A stretch of DNA of 41,522 bases from Vicinamibacteria bacterium (GCA_039932395.1 JBDTQB010000002.1:1-41522), one strand, 5' to 3'; counted from the stretch's first letter, positions 1 to 8,803 are shown. Numbers and translations are program-made. Notes: a model not told the origin generated them from the letters alone.

Positions 1-84
1 CGGCGGTGGAGTCGAAACGCATGGCATGTTCCTGAAATCCGGCGAACGCGCGCCGATCGGTCTAGCTACGAAAGCGAGAGAGAG

Positions 85-378
85 CTAGACGGAGCGCTTT
101 GGAACGTGCAGGATGCCGTGCGGCTCGCCACTTGCCGTGGGAAGCGGAGCCATGGCAACGAACGGAACCGCCTCTTCGGCGTTGGCCAGAATCTGCACCG
201 TCACCGGCACCATGGCCTGCGCGCAGCAACCACAGGTGAAGCAGTTGGGAGGACAACTCTGATCGCCACCCGAGTCGGCAGACGACGTTTCGCAGGGATC
301 AGCGAACGAAATCGACAGAAGCCCGGACGCGCTCAGGACGAGCAGGGCAACGACCGCGATCAAAGACAGGCGCTTCAA
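85..378 (-). CDS. small (97 aa) signal/TM-anchored cysteine-rich protein, unknown function
   Basis: This is the 3' part of track ORF 85..660(-). An in-frame TTG at 378..376 precedes the hydrophobic segment LSLIAVVALLVLSASGLL. Six Cys then occur within 25 aa (DPCETSSADSGGDQSCPPNCFTCGCCAQ), and the C-terminus is ...EPHGILHVPKRSV. Codons just upstream of 378 are rare A/T-ending types (CTA, GTA, AGA, CAA), while downstream codons are G/C-ending. The extension to 660 would also overlap the upstream gene. No clear SD is present. Confidence 0.5.
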   Translation of the reverse strand: MKRLSLIAVVALLVLSASGLLSISFADPCETSSADSGGDQSCPPNCFTCGCCAQAMVPVTVQILANAEEAVPFVAMAPLPTASGEPHGILHVPKRSV

Positions 379-565
379 GGGGAGGGAGTGTAGCAGCCGT
401 ACTCTGTCGATTTGAGGCAGCAGCCCCCCGGCCGAAGTGGCCGGCGGGATCAGCGCCCAGGTTTGAATTCGATGGTGACTTCGGGCTCGGAAACCTTGAT
501 GCCCTTGATCCCCTTCATCATGGCCGGGGTGGGCCGACCGCCCGGCCCCGCGGAGGAGAGCTTGA

Positions 566-1222
566 TCAGGCCGCTTCATCGAGCGCGTCGAAGTCGAGCT
601 CCATGAGAGTGACGGTGTTCCCGACGGCGGCGGCGCCGTTCGTCTTGATGACCGATCCATTCACTTCCACGACGGACTTCACTTTCAGACCGGCCATCAT
701 GCGCTTGACCATCATGACCTGCTGCTGAATCGCTTCGGGCGTCTCCTTCGGCGCATTGGCGGAGGGATCTGCCGCCTTTTCCTTGGGCGTAACCACCGTG
801 AGGACGGCGTTGCCGGCGGCATTCTTCGAAAGCCGAAAGGTGGTCGGCTCGTCTTCGCTGGTGCTGTTTGCGTCCGCCGACGGCATATTGGGCGCCCGCA
901 CCTTCGTGATGTCCTTGAAAGCGTAGGTCGCCACATTCGTTCCGTCCTTTTCGGTCTCCACCGAGACGAAGGTGACGTCTTCTCCCATCGCGGCGGCCTT
1001 GCTGGTGTATTTCCCGGTCTGCTTCGCCTTCTTTTCAGCTGCGGTGGTCGTCTCCATGTCAGCGAAGCCTTTGAGCATCCCCTGGGCTTGTTCGCCCAAC
1101 TTCGTTGTGTCAACGATGGTGCCGCTCCCGTCTGCGTTCACCTTAAAGGCGCGCTGCCCCTGAAAGCAGCCGATGGACAGGAGCATGAAGAAAGAAACGG
1201 CGAGGAGTCGGAGATAGCGCAT
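566..1222 (-). CDS. lipoprotein, unknown function
   Basis: The internal ATG at 1222 gives MRYLRLLAVSFFMLLSIGC, a signal peptide with a lipobox (LSIGC). AAGGAA-like purines lie upstream. The mature part is hydrophilic and Lys/Ala/Thr-rich. The 37-codon extension to 1333 has no signal-peptide logic. Confidence 0.8.
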   Translation of the reverse strand: MRYLRLLAVSFFMLLSIGCFQGQRAFKVNADGSGTIVDTTKLGEQAQGMLKGFADMETTTAAEKKAKQTGKYTSKAAAMGEDVTFVSVETEKDGTNVATYAFKDITKVRAPNMPSADANSTSEDEPTTFRLSKNAAGNAVLTVVTPKEKAADPSANAPKETPEAIQQQVMMVKRMMAGLKVKSVVEVNGSVIKTNGAAAVGNTVTLMELDFDALDEAA

Positions 1223-1290
1223 GAGGAGTTCCTTTTTCTGTGACGACGCGGTGATACCCTCAAGGATAGACCTTACTTTTAGGCGAAGAT

Positions 1291-1806
1291 GTGGGCATGA
1301 CTTTCTTCGACATTCCGGAAGATCTCCGCGCATCGTGGCCCAACGGCGCCCGTGATTTCGAGTTTCTCGAAGGCGAGTGGATCATTCAGCATCGCAAACT
1401 ACGCGAGCGCCTCGTCGGTTCGACCGAGTGGCTCGAGTTCGAAACCCCCTTCGCGATGGAGCCGATTCTCGGCGGACTCGGCAACATCGACCAGTGCCGC
1501 ACGGAAGGCGAGCCTTTCTTCGAAGGCGTGTCTCTGCGGCTATTCAACAAGACGGACAAGCTCTGGCGCATCTATTGGATCGATAGCAACGGAGCGACGC
1601 TCTTTCCTCCGGTGATCGGATCATTTGATGGCCCCGATGGCACGTTCAAAGGCGAAGACACCGACGCCGGCCGCCCCGTGCTGGTGATCTTCAAGTGGGA
1701 CAAACGCGATCCGCACCGCCCTATCTGGCAGCAGGCGTTCTCCGCCGATCAGGGCGTCACGTGGGAGACGAACTGGTTCATGCACTTCCGCCGCGCCGCC
1801 GAGTAA
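1291..1806 (+). CDS. conserved hypothetical cytoplasmic protein (~170 aa)
   Basis: The ORF is clean with G/C-ending codons. The start is GTG at 1291 or ATG at 1297. The sequence is globular-looking and Trp-rich (…LWRIYWIDSNG…, …QGVTWETNWFMHF…). I could not name a family with confidence. Confidence 0.75.
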   Translation: MGMTFFDIPEDLRASWPNGARDFEFLEGEWIIQHRKLRERLVGSTEWLEFETPFAMEPILGGLGNIDQCRTEGEPFFEGVSLRLFNKTDKLWRIYWIDSNGATLFPPVIGSFDGPDGTFKGEDTDAGRPVLVIFKWDKRDPHRPIWQQAFSADQGVTWETNWFMHFRRAAE

Positions 1807-1855
1807 CCGTCTACAGGTGGCGGCACGAGTCGTAGACTCGCGGTGAGGTGACTTC

Positions 1856-2195
1856 ATGATCAACGGCGCTCACTCCTCATCTACAGCAAGAAACCAGACG
1901 CCGATTGAGACTTTCTTCGCGACGTTCTGGGGCTGCCCAATGTAGACGTCGGCCACGGATGGCTGATCTTCGGCCTGCCGCCTTCGGAAGTCGCGGTGCA
2001 TCCAGGAGAGAAGAACGATGTCCACGAGTTCAACCTGATGTGCGAGGACGTGAAAGTCTTCGTGGCCGCCATGAAAAAGAAGAAAGTCGTCTGTGCCCCG
2101 TGCTCGATCGCGGATGGGGTCAACTCACCTCCCTCACCCTTCCGGGCGGCGGGTCCTTAAGCGTGTACCAGGCGCGTCATGGGCGTCCTCCGGTG
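1856..2195 (+). pseudogene. decayed VOC (glyoxalase/bleomycin-resistance-type) family gene
   Basis: Three frames must be joined to recover a typical ~115-aa small VOC protein. ATG 1856 gives MINGAH. A 1-nt shift near 1874-1876 leads to LIYSKKPDAD. An in-frame TGA at 1906-1908 sits where an Arg (CGA) is expected. The frame continues as DFLRDVLGLPNVDVGHGWLIFGLPPSEVAVHPGEKNDVHEFNLMCEDVKVFVAAMKKKKVVCAP. A 1-nt shift at ~2100 then gives VLDRGWGQLTSLTLPGGGSLSVYQARHGRPP. The last frame stays open to 2282. Confidence 0.7.
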
Positions 2196-2323
2196 ATGAA
2201 GGCAAAAGCGGTCGCGCCGAAGCCTCGGGCAGTTGCCCGACCCAATGCTGCCAAACGCGCGAACAAATCAGCGTCGCGGTAGCACGCACGACGCAGGGCG
2301 ATGCCCGGGCCTGAGCGGGCTGG

Positions 2324-2329
2324 CATACT
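2324..2329 (+). promoter_or_regulatory. possible -10 element (CATACT) 9 nt upstream of the liuB-like ATG; short-leader or leaderless transcript
   Basis: The sequence reads ggctggCATACTccgttgcgcATG. No SD lies between the hexamer and the ATG. I saw no convincing -35 element. Confidence 0.25.
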
Positions 2330-2338
2330 CCGTTGCGC

Positions 2339-3946
2339 ATGAGTGTTCTCACATCCCGCATCGACACGTCCTCTCCCGAGTTCGCCGCCAATCTGGCGCG
2401 CATGAACGAACTGGAGTCTGAGCTTTCGCAAACTCTGAACACGGCGCGCGCCGGAGGCGGTGAAAGCGCTCAGAAACGTCAGCGCGAACAAGGCAAGCTG
2501 CCGGTGCGCGAACGCATCGACCTGCTGCTCGACGAGGGCTCGGCCTTCCTCGAGATTTGCGCGCTCGCCGCGAACGGTCTCTACGACGGCGGTGCGCCAA
2601 GCGCTGGCATCGTCACCGGCATCGGTCGAGTGTCGGGGCGTGAGGTCATGATCGTGGCCAACGACGCCTCCGTGAAGGGCGGCACCTACTTCCCTCTCAC
2701 GGTGAAGAAGCATCTGCGCGCCCAGGAGATCGCGCAGCAGAACTCGCTTCCCTGCGTCTACCTCGTCGACTCCGGCGGCGCGTTTCTTCCACTTCAATCG
2801 GAAGTCTTTCCCGACCGCGATCACTTCGGTCGCATCTTCTTCAACCAGGCGCGGATGAGCGCTCTCGGCATTCCGCAGGTCGCGGTGGTTCTGGGTTCAT
2901 GCACGGCCGGTGGCGCGTACGTCCCTGCGATGAGCGACGAGACCATCATCGTGAAGGGCCAGGGGACGATCTTCCTGGCCGGACCGCCGCTCGTGAAGGC
3001 GGCTACCGGCGAAGAAGTCTCGGCGGAGGACCTGGGCGGCGCGGATGTTCACGCGCGCATCTCCGGAGTCGCCGATCACTACGCGCTCAACGAGGGTGAC
3101 GCGCTCGCGAAAGCGCGTGACATCGTGGCCACCCTCACGGCTCGCAAGGAAACGCCCTGGGACGTCAGCGCGCCGGAAGAACCCGCATTCGATCCCGCGG
3201 AACTTGGCGGTGTGATTCCCACCAACTCACGGAAGTCGTACGACGTGCGCGAAGTCATCGCCCGCATCGTCGATGGCAGCCGCTTCGACGAGTACAAGGC
3301 GCTCTACGGGACCACTCTCATCACCGGCTTCGCGAAGATCATGGGCTTCCCCGTCGCCATCCTCGCGAACAACGGCGTGCTGTTCTCCGAGAGCGCGCTG
3401 AAGGCCACCCACTTCATCGAACTCGCCTGCGCGCGCAAGATCCCGTTGGTCTTCCTCCAGAACATTACCGGCTTCATGGTCGGCAAGGAATACGAACAGA
3501 AGGGCATCGCGAAAGATGGCGCGAAGATGGTTCACGCGGTCGCGAATGCGGCGGTCCCGAAGTTCACCGTGGTGATCGGCGGGAGTTTCGGCGCAGGAAA
3601 TTACGGCATGTGCGGACGCGCTTATTCACCGCGCCAGTTGTGGATGTGGCCGAACTCACGCATCTCCGTCATGGGCGGCGAGCAGGCGGCCTCGGTTCTT
3701 GCGCAGGTCAAGGTCGATCAGGCCGCGCGTGCGGGGAACAAGATGTCGGCCGAAGAGATCGATGCCATCAAGGCCCCGACGCTCGCGAAGTATGAAGAAG
3801 AGGGCAGCCCCTACTTCTCCACCGCGAGACTTTGGGATGACGGCGTGATCCGTCCCCGAGACACACGTATGGTTCTCGGCTTGGGCATCTCGGCTGCGTT
3901 AAATGCCCCGATTCCCGAGACGAAGTTCGGCGTCTTCCGGATGTAA
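2339..3946 (+). CDS. liuB: 3-methylcrotonyl-CoA carboxylase beta subunit (carboxyltransferase)
   Basis: The 535-aa product has full-length carboxyltransferase motifs: …[21 protein letters not shown]…, [112 protein letters not shown] 2339 is preferred over TTG 2333. Confidence 0.9.
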   Translation: MSVLTSRIDTSSPEFAANLARMNELESELSQTLNTARAGGGESAQKRQREQGKLPVRERIDLLLDEGSAFLEICALAANGLYDGGAPSAGIVTGIGRVSGREVMIVANDASVKGGTYFPLTVKKHLRAQEIAQQNSLPCVYLVDSGGAFLPLQSEVFPDRDHFGRIFFNQARMSALGIPQVAVVLGSCTAGGAYVPAMSDETIIVKGQGTIFLAGPPLVKAATGEEVSAEDLGGADVHARISGVADHYALNEGDALAKARDIVATLTARKETPWDVSAPEEPAFDPAELGGVIPTNSRKSYDVREVIARIVDGSRFDEYKALYGTTLITGFAKIMGFPVAILANNGVLFSESALKATHFIELACARKIPLVFLQNITGFMVGKEYEQKGIAKDGAKMVHAVANAAVPKFTVVIGGSFGAGNYGMCGRAYSPRQLWMWPNSRISVMGGEQAASVLAQVKVDQAARAGNKMSAEEIDAIKAPTLAKYEEEGSPYFSTARLWDDGVIRPRDTRMVLGLGISAALNAPIPETKFGVFRM

Positions 3947-3954
3947 CAGACTCC

Positions 3955-4908
3955 ATGAAGCGTGGTGAGGTGATCGAGATGCGACGACTGTTCGGCTGGA
4001 TAGCAACATTGGCGGTCCTTGCCCTGATGGCGCCAGCCGTTACCGCGCAAGACGCCGACCGCATCATCCCACTGTGGCCGGAAGGCGTCCCCAACGCGAA
4101 GCCGAACGGTGGCGTCGAGCGCATCGAAGACGGCCGGGTCTACAACGTCCAGATCCCAACCCTTCAATACTTTCCCGCACCTGCGGAAACCGCTAACGGG
4201 ACCACGGTCATTCTGTGCCCCGGTGGCGGCTACGTCCGGCTGGCGGTCGCGAAGGAAGGCAGCGACCTCACGCGGATGCTGAACCGGCTCGGCGTGTCGG
4301 CGTTCGTGCTCAAGTACCGCCTGATCGAATACGGACACCCAGCGCCGCTTCAGGACGTGCTCCGCGCGGTGAGACTGGTGCGATCCCGCGCGAAGGAGTT
4401 CAACGTCAATCCCGATCGCATCGGTGTGATGGGCTCGTCGGCGGGCGGCCATCTCGCCGCCTCGGCGGCCACGCTTTACGACGCGCCGGAAGGCCGCACC
4501 GGCAACAAGGAGATGGACGCGATCAGCGGACGCCCAACCTTCATCGCCTTGCTCTATCCCGTGATCACCATGAAGGCCCCCTACCTGCACGCAGGCTCAA
4601 AGCGCGCATTGATCGGCGAGAACGCTTCCGCCGAGCTGGTCGATCACCTGTCAATGGAGTTACAGGTCACCTCCCGCACGCCACCCACGTTCATCGTTCA
4701 CACCGCCGAAGACACCAGTGTGCCGCTCGAAAACAGCCTCCTCTTCTTCCAGGCGTTGCGGAAGTTCAAGATTGATGCTGAGCTTCACCTGTATGAGAAG
4801 GGCCCGCACGGCTTCGGAACACGTGCCGACCTTGGCCCGACCTCTGATTGGCCAAAGCGCTTGGAGGATTGGGTGCGTTCGCACGGTTGGCTGGACAAGC
4901 CACGCTGA
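3955..4908 (+). CDS. secreted alpha/beta-hydrolase (esterase/lipase-type, Abhydrolase_3-like)
   Basis: A signal peptide MRRLFGWIATLAVLALMAPAVTAQDA is present (alternative start at 3979). An oxyanion-type CPGGGY motif, a nucleophile elbow GSSAGGH, and late Asp/His positions (HTAEDTSVP…GPHGF) are also present. Confidence 0.85.
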   Translation: MKRGEVIEMRRLFGWIATLAVLALMAPAVTAQDADRIIPLWPEGVPNAKPNGGVERIEDGRVYNVQIPTLQYFPAPAETANGTTVILCPGGGYVRLAVAKEGSDLTRMLNRLGVSAFVLKYRLIEYGHPAPLQDVLRAVRLVRSRAKEFNVNPDRIGVMGSSAGGHLAASAATLYDAPEGRTGNKEMDAISGRPTFIALLYPVITMKAPYLHAGSKRALIGENASAELVDHLSMELQVTSRTPPTFIVHTAEDTSVPLENSLLFFQALRKFKIDAELHLYEKGPHGFGTRADLGPTSDWPKRLEDWVRSHGWLDKPR

Positions 4909-4975
4909 GGGCAAGCTCTCTCCGGTCAAATCTAAAGCAAGCGTGTTCGCGGCTCTGGTGCATACTGGCGGCACA

Positions 4976-5638
4976 ATGAATCCCCGGACGTCCTCAGCCC
5001 TGGCCCTCATGTCGGCGCTCACGATTGGATGCGGCGGGAGTTCCACGAGCGCGACCTCTCCGTTCACCGGGGCGAACGGAACCACCGCCACGCCCGCGGT
5101 GACGGCGACACCAACCGCGACGCCCACGCCACAGGCCACCGCCACACCCGTGCCCACGGCGACTCCGGTTCCAACCGCGACACCCGTTCCCACCGCCACG
5201 CCAGCTCCCGGAACCGCAGTGGTTGTCACCGAGGGGTCCACGGAGCTTCCCGGCGGCTTCTTCCTGCTCTTCCCCGCCTATACATTCGCACAGCCGGGAA
5301 CGCTCGATTTCACGGTGGACTGGACATCGAGCTCCAACGACATCGACATCGCGATCGCGAATGGCAGTTGCACGGCCGACCTGTTCCAACTCGACCTGTG
5401 CACCTATGCCGGCGTCGCGCAGAGCCTCACCGACAAACCTGAACACCTGGCCCTTTCGATCTCCGCGACCTCGTACACGCCCATCATCGCGAACTTCAGC
5501 ACCGCGACCGAGACCGTCACCTATCGCCTGACCTTCACGGGGCCAGCCGCCGCGGCCGCTCAAGTGAGTGCCGCTTCCCTTCGACCGATCCTGGTTCCCG
5601 GCCGCGGCAAGTTCACGCGCCGACAAGGAGCTCGTTAG
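4976..5638 (+). CDS. lipoprotein with Thr/Pro/Ala-rich linker and C-terminal beta-rich domain, unknown function
   Basis: The internal ATG at 4976 gives MNPRTSSALALMSALTIGCGG, with a lipobox LTIGC. A T/P/A linker follows, then a ~140-aa domain (…LDFTVDWTSSSNDIDIAIANGSCTADLFQLDLC…). The upstream 86 codons of track ORF 4718.. overlap the esterase gene. Confidence 0.75.
   Translation: MNPRTSSALALMSALTIGCGGSSTSATSPFTGANGTTATPAVTATPTATPTPQATATPVPTATPVPTATPVPTATPAPGTAVVVTEGSTELPGGFFLLFPAYTFAQPGTLDFTVDWTSSSNDIDIAIANGSCTADLFQLDLCTYAGVAQSLTDKPEHLALSISATSYTPIIANFSTATETVTYRLTFTGPAAAAAQVSAASLRPILVPGRGKFTRRQGAR
5138..5191 (+). repeat. 3 x 18-nt in-frame tandem repeat encoding (TATPVP)3 within a longer T/P/A linker (5081..5212)
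   Basis: The units are acc gcc aca ccc gtg ccc / acg gcg act ccg gtt cca / acc gcg aca ccc gtt ccc. The peptide is identical in all three copies, and the copies differ only at synonymous third positions. Confidence 0.9.
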
Positions 5639-6786
5639 ACCCAGGACCTCCAGTAGGTCGGGTCTTCAGCGGAGAGAACGCCCTTCGCCACGTGAAGTGG
5701 CTTGAAGGTGTCGAGCATGACCGCCAGCTCATCGGCCCATGTCGCACCCATCGACGCCTCGGTTCGGCCAGGTTGGGGACCATGGGGCAGACCGTCAGGA
5801 TGCAACGTGATCGAGCCGAAACCCACGCCCTTGCGGCTCATGAACTCGGCGCTCGCGTAGAAGATCATCTCGTCCGACATCGCGTTGGTATGCGAGTACG
5901 GAGCGGGAATCGCGTCCTTGTCGAAGTCATAGGGCCTTGGACAGAACGAACAGATGACAAAGCCCTCGGCCTCGAAGGTCTGGTGGACGGGGGGCGGAAG
6001 ATGAACGCGTCCGACCTTCGGCTCGAAGTCGTGAATCGAGAAGGCAAATGGGTAGTAATGACCATCCCAGCCCACGACGTCGAACGGATGATGGTCGAGC
6101 ACCACACGCGTCAGGACGTCGTGCGCCTTGACCAGGATGTCGAAGTCGCCTTTCTCGTCGCGTGGATTGAGATTCTCGGGCACGCGGAAGTCGCGCTCCG
6201 AGTACGGCGCTCCTTCGACAAGCTGTCCGTGCTCGCCGCGGTAGCGATGGGGAGCGCGCACGTAGCCAGCACTCTCGAAAATCACGTACCGATGCGGCCC
6301 GTCACCCAGAACGAAACGATGAACGATGCCGCGCGGCACCACCACGTAGTCACCTTGCCGGTAAGCCACGTCGCCAAACGCACTCTCCAGCTTGCCCTGG
6401 CCCTGTGCGATGTAGACCAGCTCATCAAACTGGCCGTTGCGCGCGAAGGCGGTGTCCGTCAACGTGGGACACGCGATCGACATGATCACGTCGGAGTTGA
6501 AGAGAACGGGCGTGCGATCGAGGGTGAGGCTCGGCCCGCTCGCGACCTTCGCCGAATCGAAATGCCGGTTACGCACATCGCGAGTGGGCTCGGCCTCGAT
6601 CTTCGTTTCGCGAACCATCTCGCTTGCCTTCACGGTCGTGGGCAGATAGAGGTGGTAGACCAGCGACGAGGGGCCAGTAAACCCTCGGTTCCCGATCAGT
6701 TCCTCGTAGTACAACCCTCCATCCGCACGGCGGAGGGCGATGTGGCGTTTGGCAGGGAGCAGTCCGAGACGGTGATATCGATGCAC
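5635..6786 (-). CDS. hmgA: homogentisate 1,2-dioxygenase
   Basis: The 383-aa product starts at GTG. The N-terminus MHRYHRLGLLPAKRH…, a cupin core (…DELVYIAQGQGKLES…GDYVVVPRGIVHRF…) and the C-terminal …ITLHPDGLPHGPQPG… are typical of the short bacterial HGO family. Confidence 0.85.
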   Translation of the reverse strand: MHRYHRLGLLPAKRHIALRRADGGLYYEELIGNRGFTGPSSLVYHLYLPTTVKASEMVRETKIEAEPTRDVRNRHFDSAKVASGPSLTLDRTPVLFNSDVIMSIACPTLTDTAFARNGQFDELVYIAQGQGKLESAFGDVAYRQGDYVVVPRGIVHRFVLGDGPHRYVIFESAGYVRAPHRYRGEHGQLVEGAPYSERDFRVPENLNPRDEKGDFDILVKAHDVLTRVVLDHHPFDVVGWDGHYYPFAFSIHDFEPKVGRVHLPPPVHQTFEAEGFVICSFCPRPYDFDKDAIPAPYSHTNAMSDEMIFYASAEFMSRKGVGFGSITLHPDGLPHGPQPGRTEASMGATWADELAVMLDTFKPLHVAKGVLSAEDPTYWRSWV

Positions 6787-6792
6787 GTTGCC

Positions 6793-7437
6793 TTACTTTC
6801 GAGAGAAGCCAATCTTCGCGACGACGAAGAGACCGCCCAGGTCTTTCTCTTCATAGATCGCTGAAACGCCGCCGACACCGACCGCATTCGGGATCAGAGT
6901 GATCCCGCCTTCGATGCCGTAACGAAGAGAGCGCCCCTGGCGCTCAAAACCGAGGCGAGCTTCGACCAGAGCAGATGTCCCACTTGCCTTCTCGGCCAGA
7001 CCCGCGATGGTGCTCTCTTCCTTCCAGAACGCGACACCTCCGCCCACTCCGAAGTACGGCGAGACGGGTCCGAGCTTGCTGAAGCGGTACACGGCGGAGG
7101 CGACGACCTGATTCATCGAGAACTGGAGAGGATGGCCCAGACGGAAAGCGGGGGACGTGCGGTCGGCGGCGAACGCGCGCTCGCCGGCGCGTGAGATGCG
7201 ACGCGCCTCGATCCCGAAGCGAAGCCGCTCGCCGCGATCCAGAGAGACACCGACGCCAAGCGCCAAGCCGCCTGGGTTGTCGAAGATTGCCTTCTCGGTG
7301 TCAGGCGAGTTCGACAGGGTCTGCAGACCGACACTCACAAAAGCGGCGCGGTCATCGGCCCGAGCCCACGAAGGGATCAGCGAGAACGCGATCAGAACAC
7401 CGACGGCGGCGTTCCTCGTGGAGTGCATCGACTTCAT
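6793..7437 (-). CDS. outer-membrane beta-barrel protein (OmpW/OmpA-beta-barrel-like)
   Basis: A signal peptide …VGVLIAFSLIPSWARADD is present. Amphipathic strands alternate with Gly/aromatic residues (GVGVSL, FGIEAR, YFGVGGGVAF, YGIEGGITL, FVVAKIGF). The ATG overlaps the stop of the upstream S8 protease gene (ATGA at 7437..7434). Confidence 0.75.
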   Translation of the reverse strand: MKSMHSTRNAAVGVLIAFSLIPSWARADDRAAFVSVGLQTLSNSPDTEKAIFDNPGGLALGVGVSLDRGERLRFGIEARRISRAGERAFAADRTSPAFRLGHPLQFSMNQVVASAVYRFSKLGPVSPYFGVGGGVAFWKEESTIAGLAEKASGTSALVEARLGFERQGRSLRYGIEGGITLIPNAVGVGGVSAIYEEKDLGGLFVVAKIGFSRK

Positions 7438-8795
7438 TTGCTGAGGCCCAGGCCCTTCAGCGCTTCAGCGGGACGGATCAAACCGTAGCCAAAGGTGTCA
7501 TCCCGTCCGGGCGCTCCCAGATCCTCGGCCGTCTTCTGCATCAAGGCCTGAATGGCCGCCGGACTGCCAATCCCCTGGCGCGCGAGCAGCGCAGCCAGCG
7601 CCGACACCTGGGGCGCCGCCTGCGATGTCCCGACGACGAAGTAATACCCGAAGTCGTCGTAGCGGCCGAGCTTCGCGAGGTCGGGGTTCATGGTCTGCTG
7701 CAAAATGCCGTCGGGTCGGCCGTCGCCCGTATCATCGCGCGAGTTGTCACCTCCTGGCGCCATCAGATCAAGCGCGCTTCCAAAACTCGAGTACGACGCC
7801 TTGACCTTCCGCGCATCGACCGAGCCGACGGCGATCACATTCTCGTAAGCCGCCGGATAGTCAACGAAGCCGACGTTGTCGTTTCCCGCGGAGGCGACGA
7901 CCGTGATGCCTGCCTCGACCGCGCGATCGATCGCATTCTTCATGGCGGTGGATGCGCTCCCTCCGCCGAGGCTCAGGTTGATCACGCGAACCGGATTGAC
8001 GCCGTTCTGCCGGAAGTTCACCACATAGAGGATTCCTTCTGCGATCCCATCCGTGCTGCCGTTGCCATTTGAGTCGAGAACCTTCACCGGCATGATCGAC
8101 GTCTGGTAGGCGATGCTCGATGCTCCCACTCCGTTATTGGTCGACTCGGCGATGATCGAAGAAACGTGCGTGCCGTGGAAATTGTCGTCGTTCGCGTGAG
8201 TGTCGTGGGTAAAGACGTTGTAGCCGGGCAGGAAGACAGTGGTTCCAAAATCCGGCGCCTTGCGGAAGGGCCCGAAGTCTTCATAGGCAACGCCGGTATC
8301 AAGAACCGCCACCGCCACCGACGCATCGCCTTTCTGGATGTCCCACATCCGCTCCGCATTGAGCGTCTTCAGGTGCCATTGGAGAAGGTACCGCTCGTCG
8401 TTGGGCGAGAAGTGCGCGTGCACGGCGGCGTTTTGTTCGGCGTACTCCACTTCCGACATGGACCGGAAATATCCGATCAGGCGCGCGACGTCGAGGCCGG
8501 CCATGGGCTCAACCAGATAGCGGCGGGCGAACGCGCTGCGGGTGGCCTTGCCTCCGCCGGCGCCCTCGATCGCGCGCTCGGCGGTTCGATCATCGACCGC
8601 ATCCTTGAACTCAACGCTGATGCCGCCCGCTGTTCGTTCTGCCGCTCCTGCGAACGAGGCAGCGGCGTGGGCCAGAGCGTCATAGACCCGGACGCCATCA
8701 TCCGCACGCACGGGGCGACCCCGAGGCGCATAAAACGCCATCACACCGAGCAGGCCAAGGGCGCCACCCATGACCGCGATGGTTCTCCGCATCAT
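7434..8795 (-). CDS. secreted subtilisin-like serine protease (peptidase S8)
   Basis: The catalytic triad contexts are VAVLDTGV (Asp), HGTHVSSII (His) and GTSQAAPQVSALAALL (Ser). The start is chosen at ATGATG 8795/8792 (MMRRTIAVMGGALGLLGVMAF signal peptide). The 59-codon extension to 8972 would run into the divergent gene. Confidence 0.9.
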   Translation of the reverse strand: MMRRTIAVMGGALGLLGVMAFYAPRGRPVRADDGVRVYDALAHAAASFAGAAERTAGGISVEFKDAVDDRTAERAIEGAGGGKATRSAFARRYLVEPMAGLDVARLIGYFRSMSEVEYAEQNAAVHAHFSPNDERYLLQWHLKTLNAERMWDIQKGDASVAVAVLDTGVAYEDFGPFRKAPDFGTTVFLPGYNVFTHDTHANDDNFHGTHVSSIIAESTNNGVGASSIAYQTSIMPVKVLDSNGNGSTDGIAEGILYVVNFRQNGVNPVRVINLSLGGGSASTAMKNAIDRAVEAGITVVASAGNDNVGFVDYPAAYENVIAVGSVDARKVKASYSSFGSALDLMAPGGDNSRDDTGDGRPDGILQQTMNPDLAKLGRYDDFGYYFVVGTSQAAPQVSALAALLARQGIGSPAAIQALMQKTAEDLGAPGRDDTFGYGLIRPAEALKGLGLSK

Positions 8796-8803
8796 GATGA
8801 ATG

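Noticed and set aside
1-27. A possible gene start on the minus strand at the left edge (ATG at 22..20 preceded by AGGAA, reading MRFDSTA…).
   Set aside because: Only 7 codons are visible, too few to support a feature. It is mentioned under the Cys-rich protein finding.
379-660. The N-terminal 94 codons of track ORF 85..660(-).
   Set aside because: This stretch uses rare A/T-ending codons and has His/Gly/Arg-rich composition. It overlaps the 3' end of the lipoprotein gene by 95 nt. Coding signal begins only at the TTG at 378.
5692-6864. A 390-aa ORF on the plus strand.
   Set aside because: It is a shadow ORF antisense to hmgA. It has no recognisable motifs, while the minus frame gives a full-length homogentisate dioxygenase.
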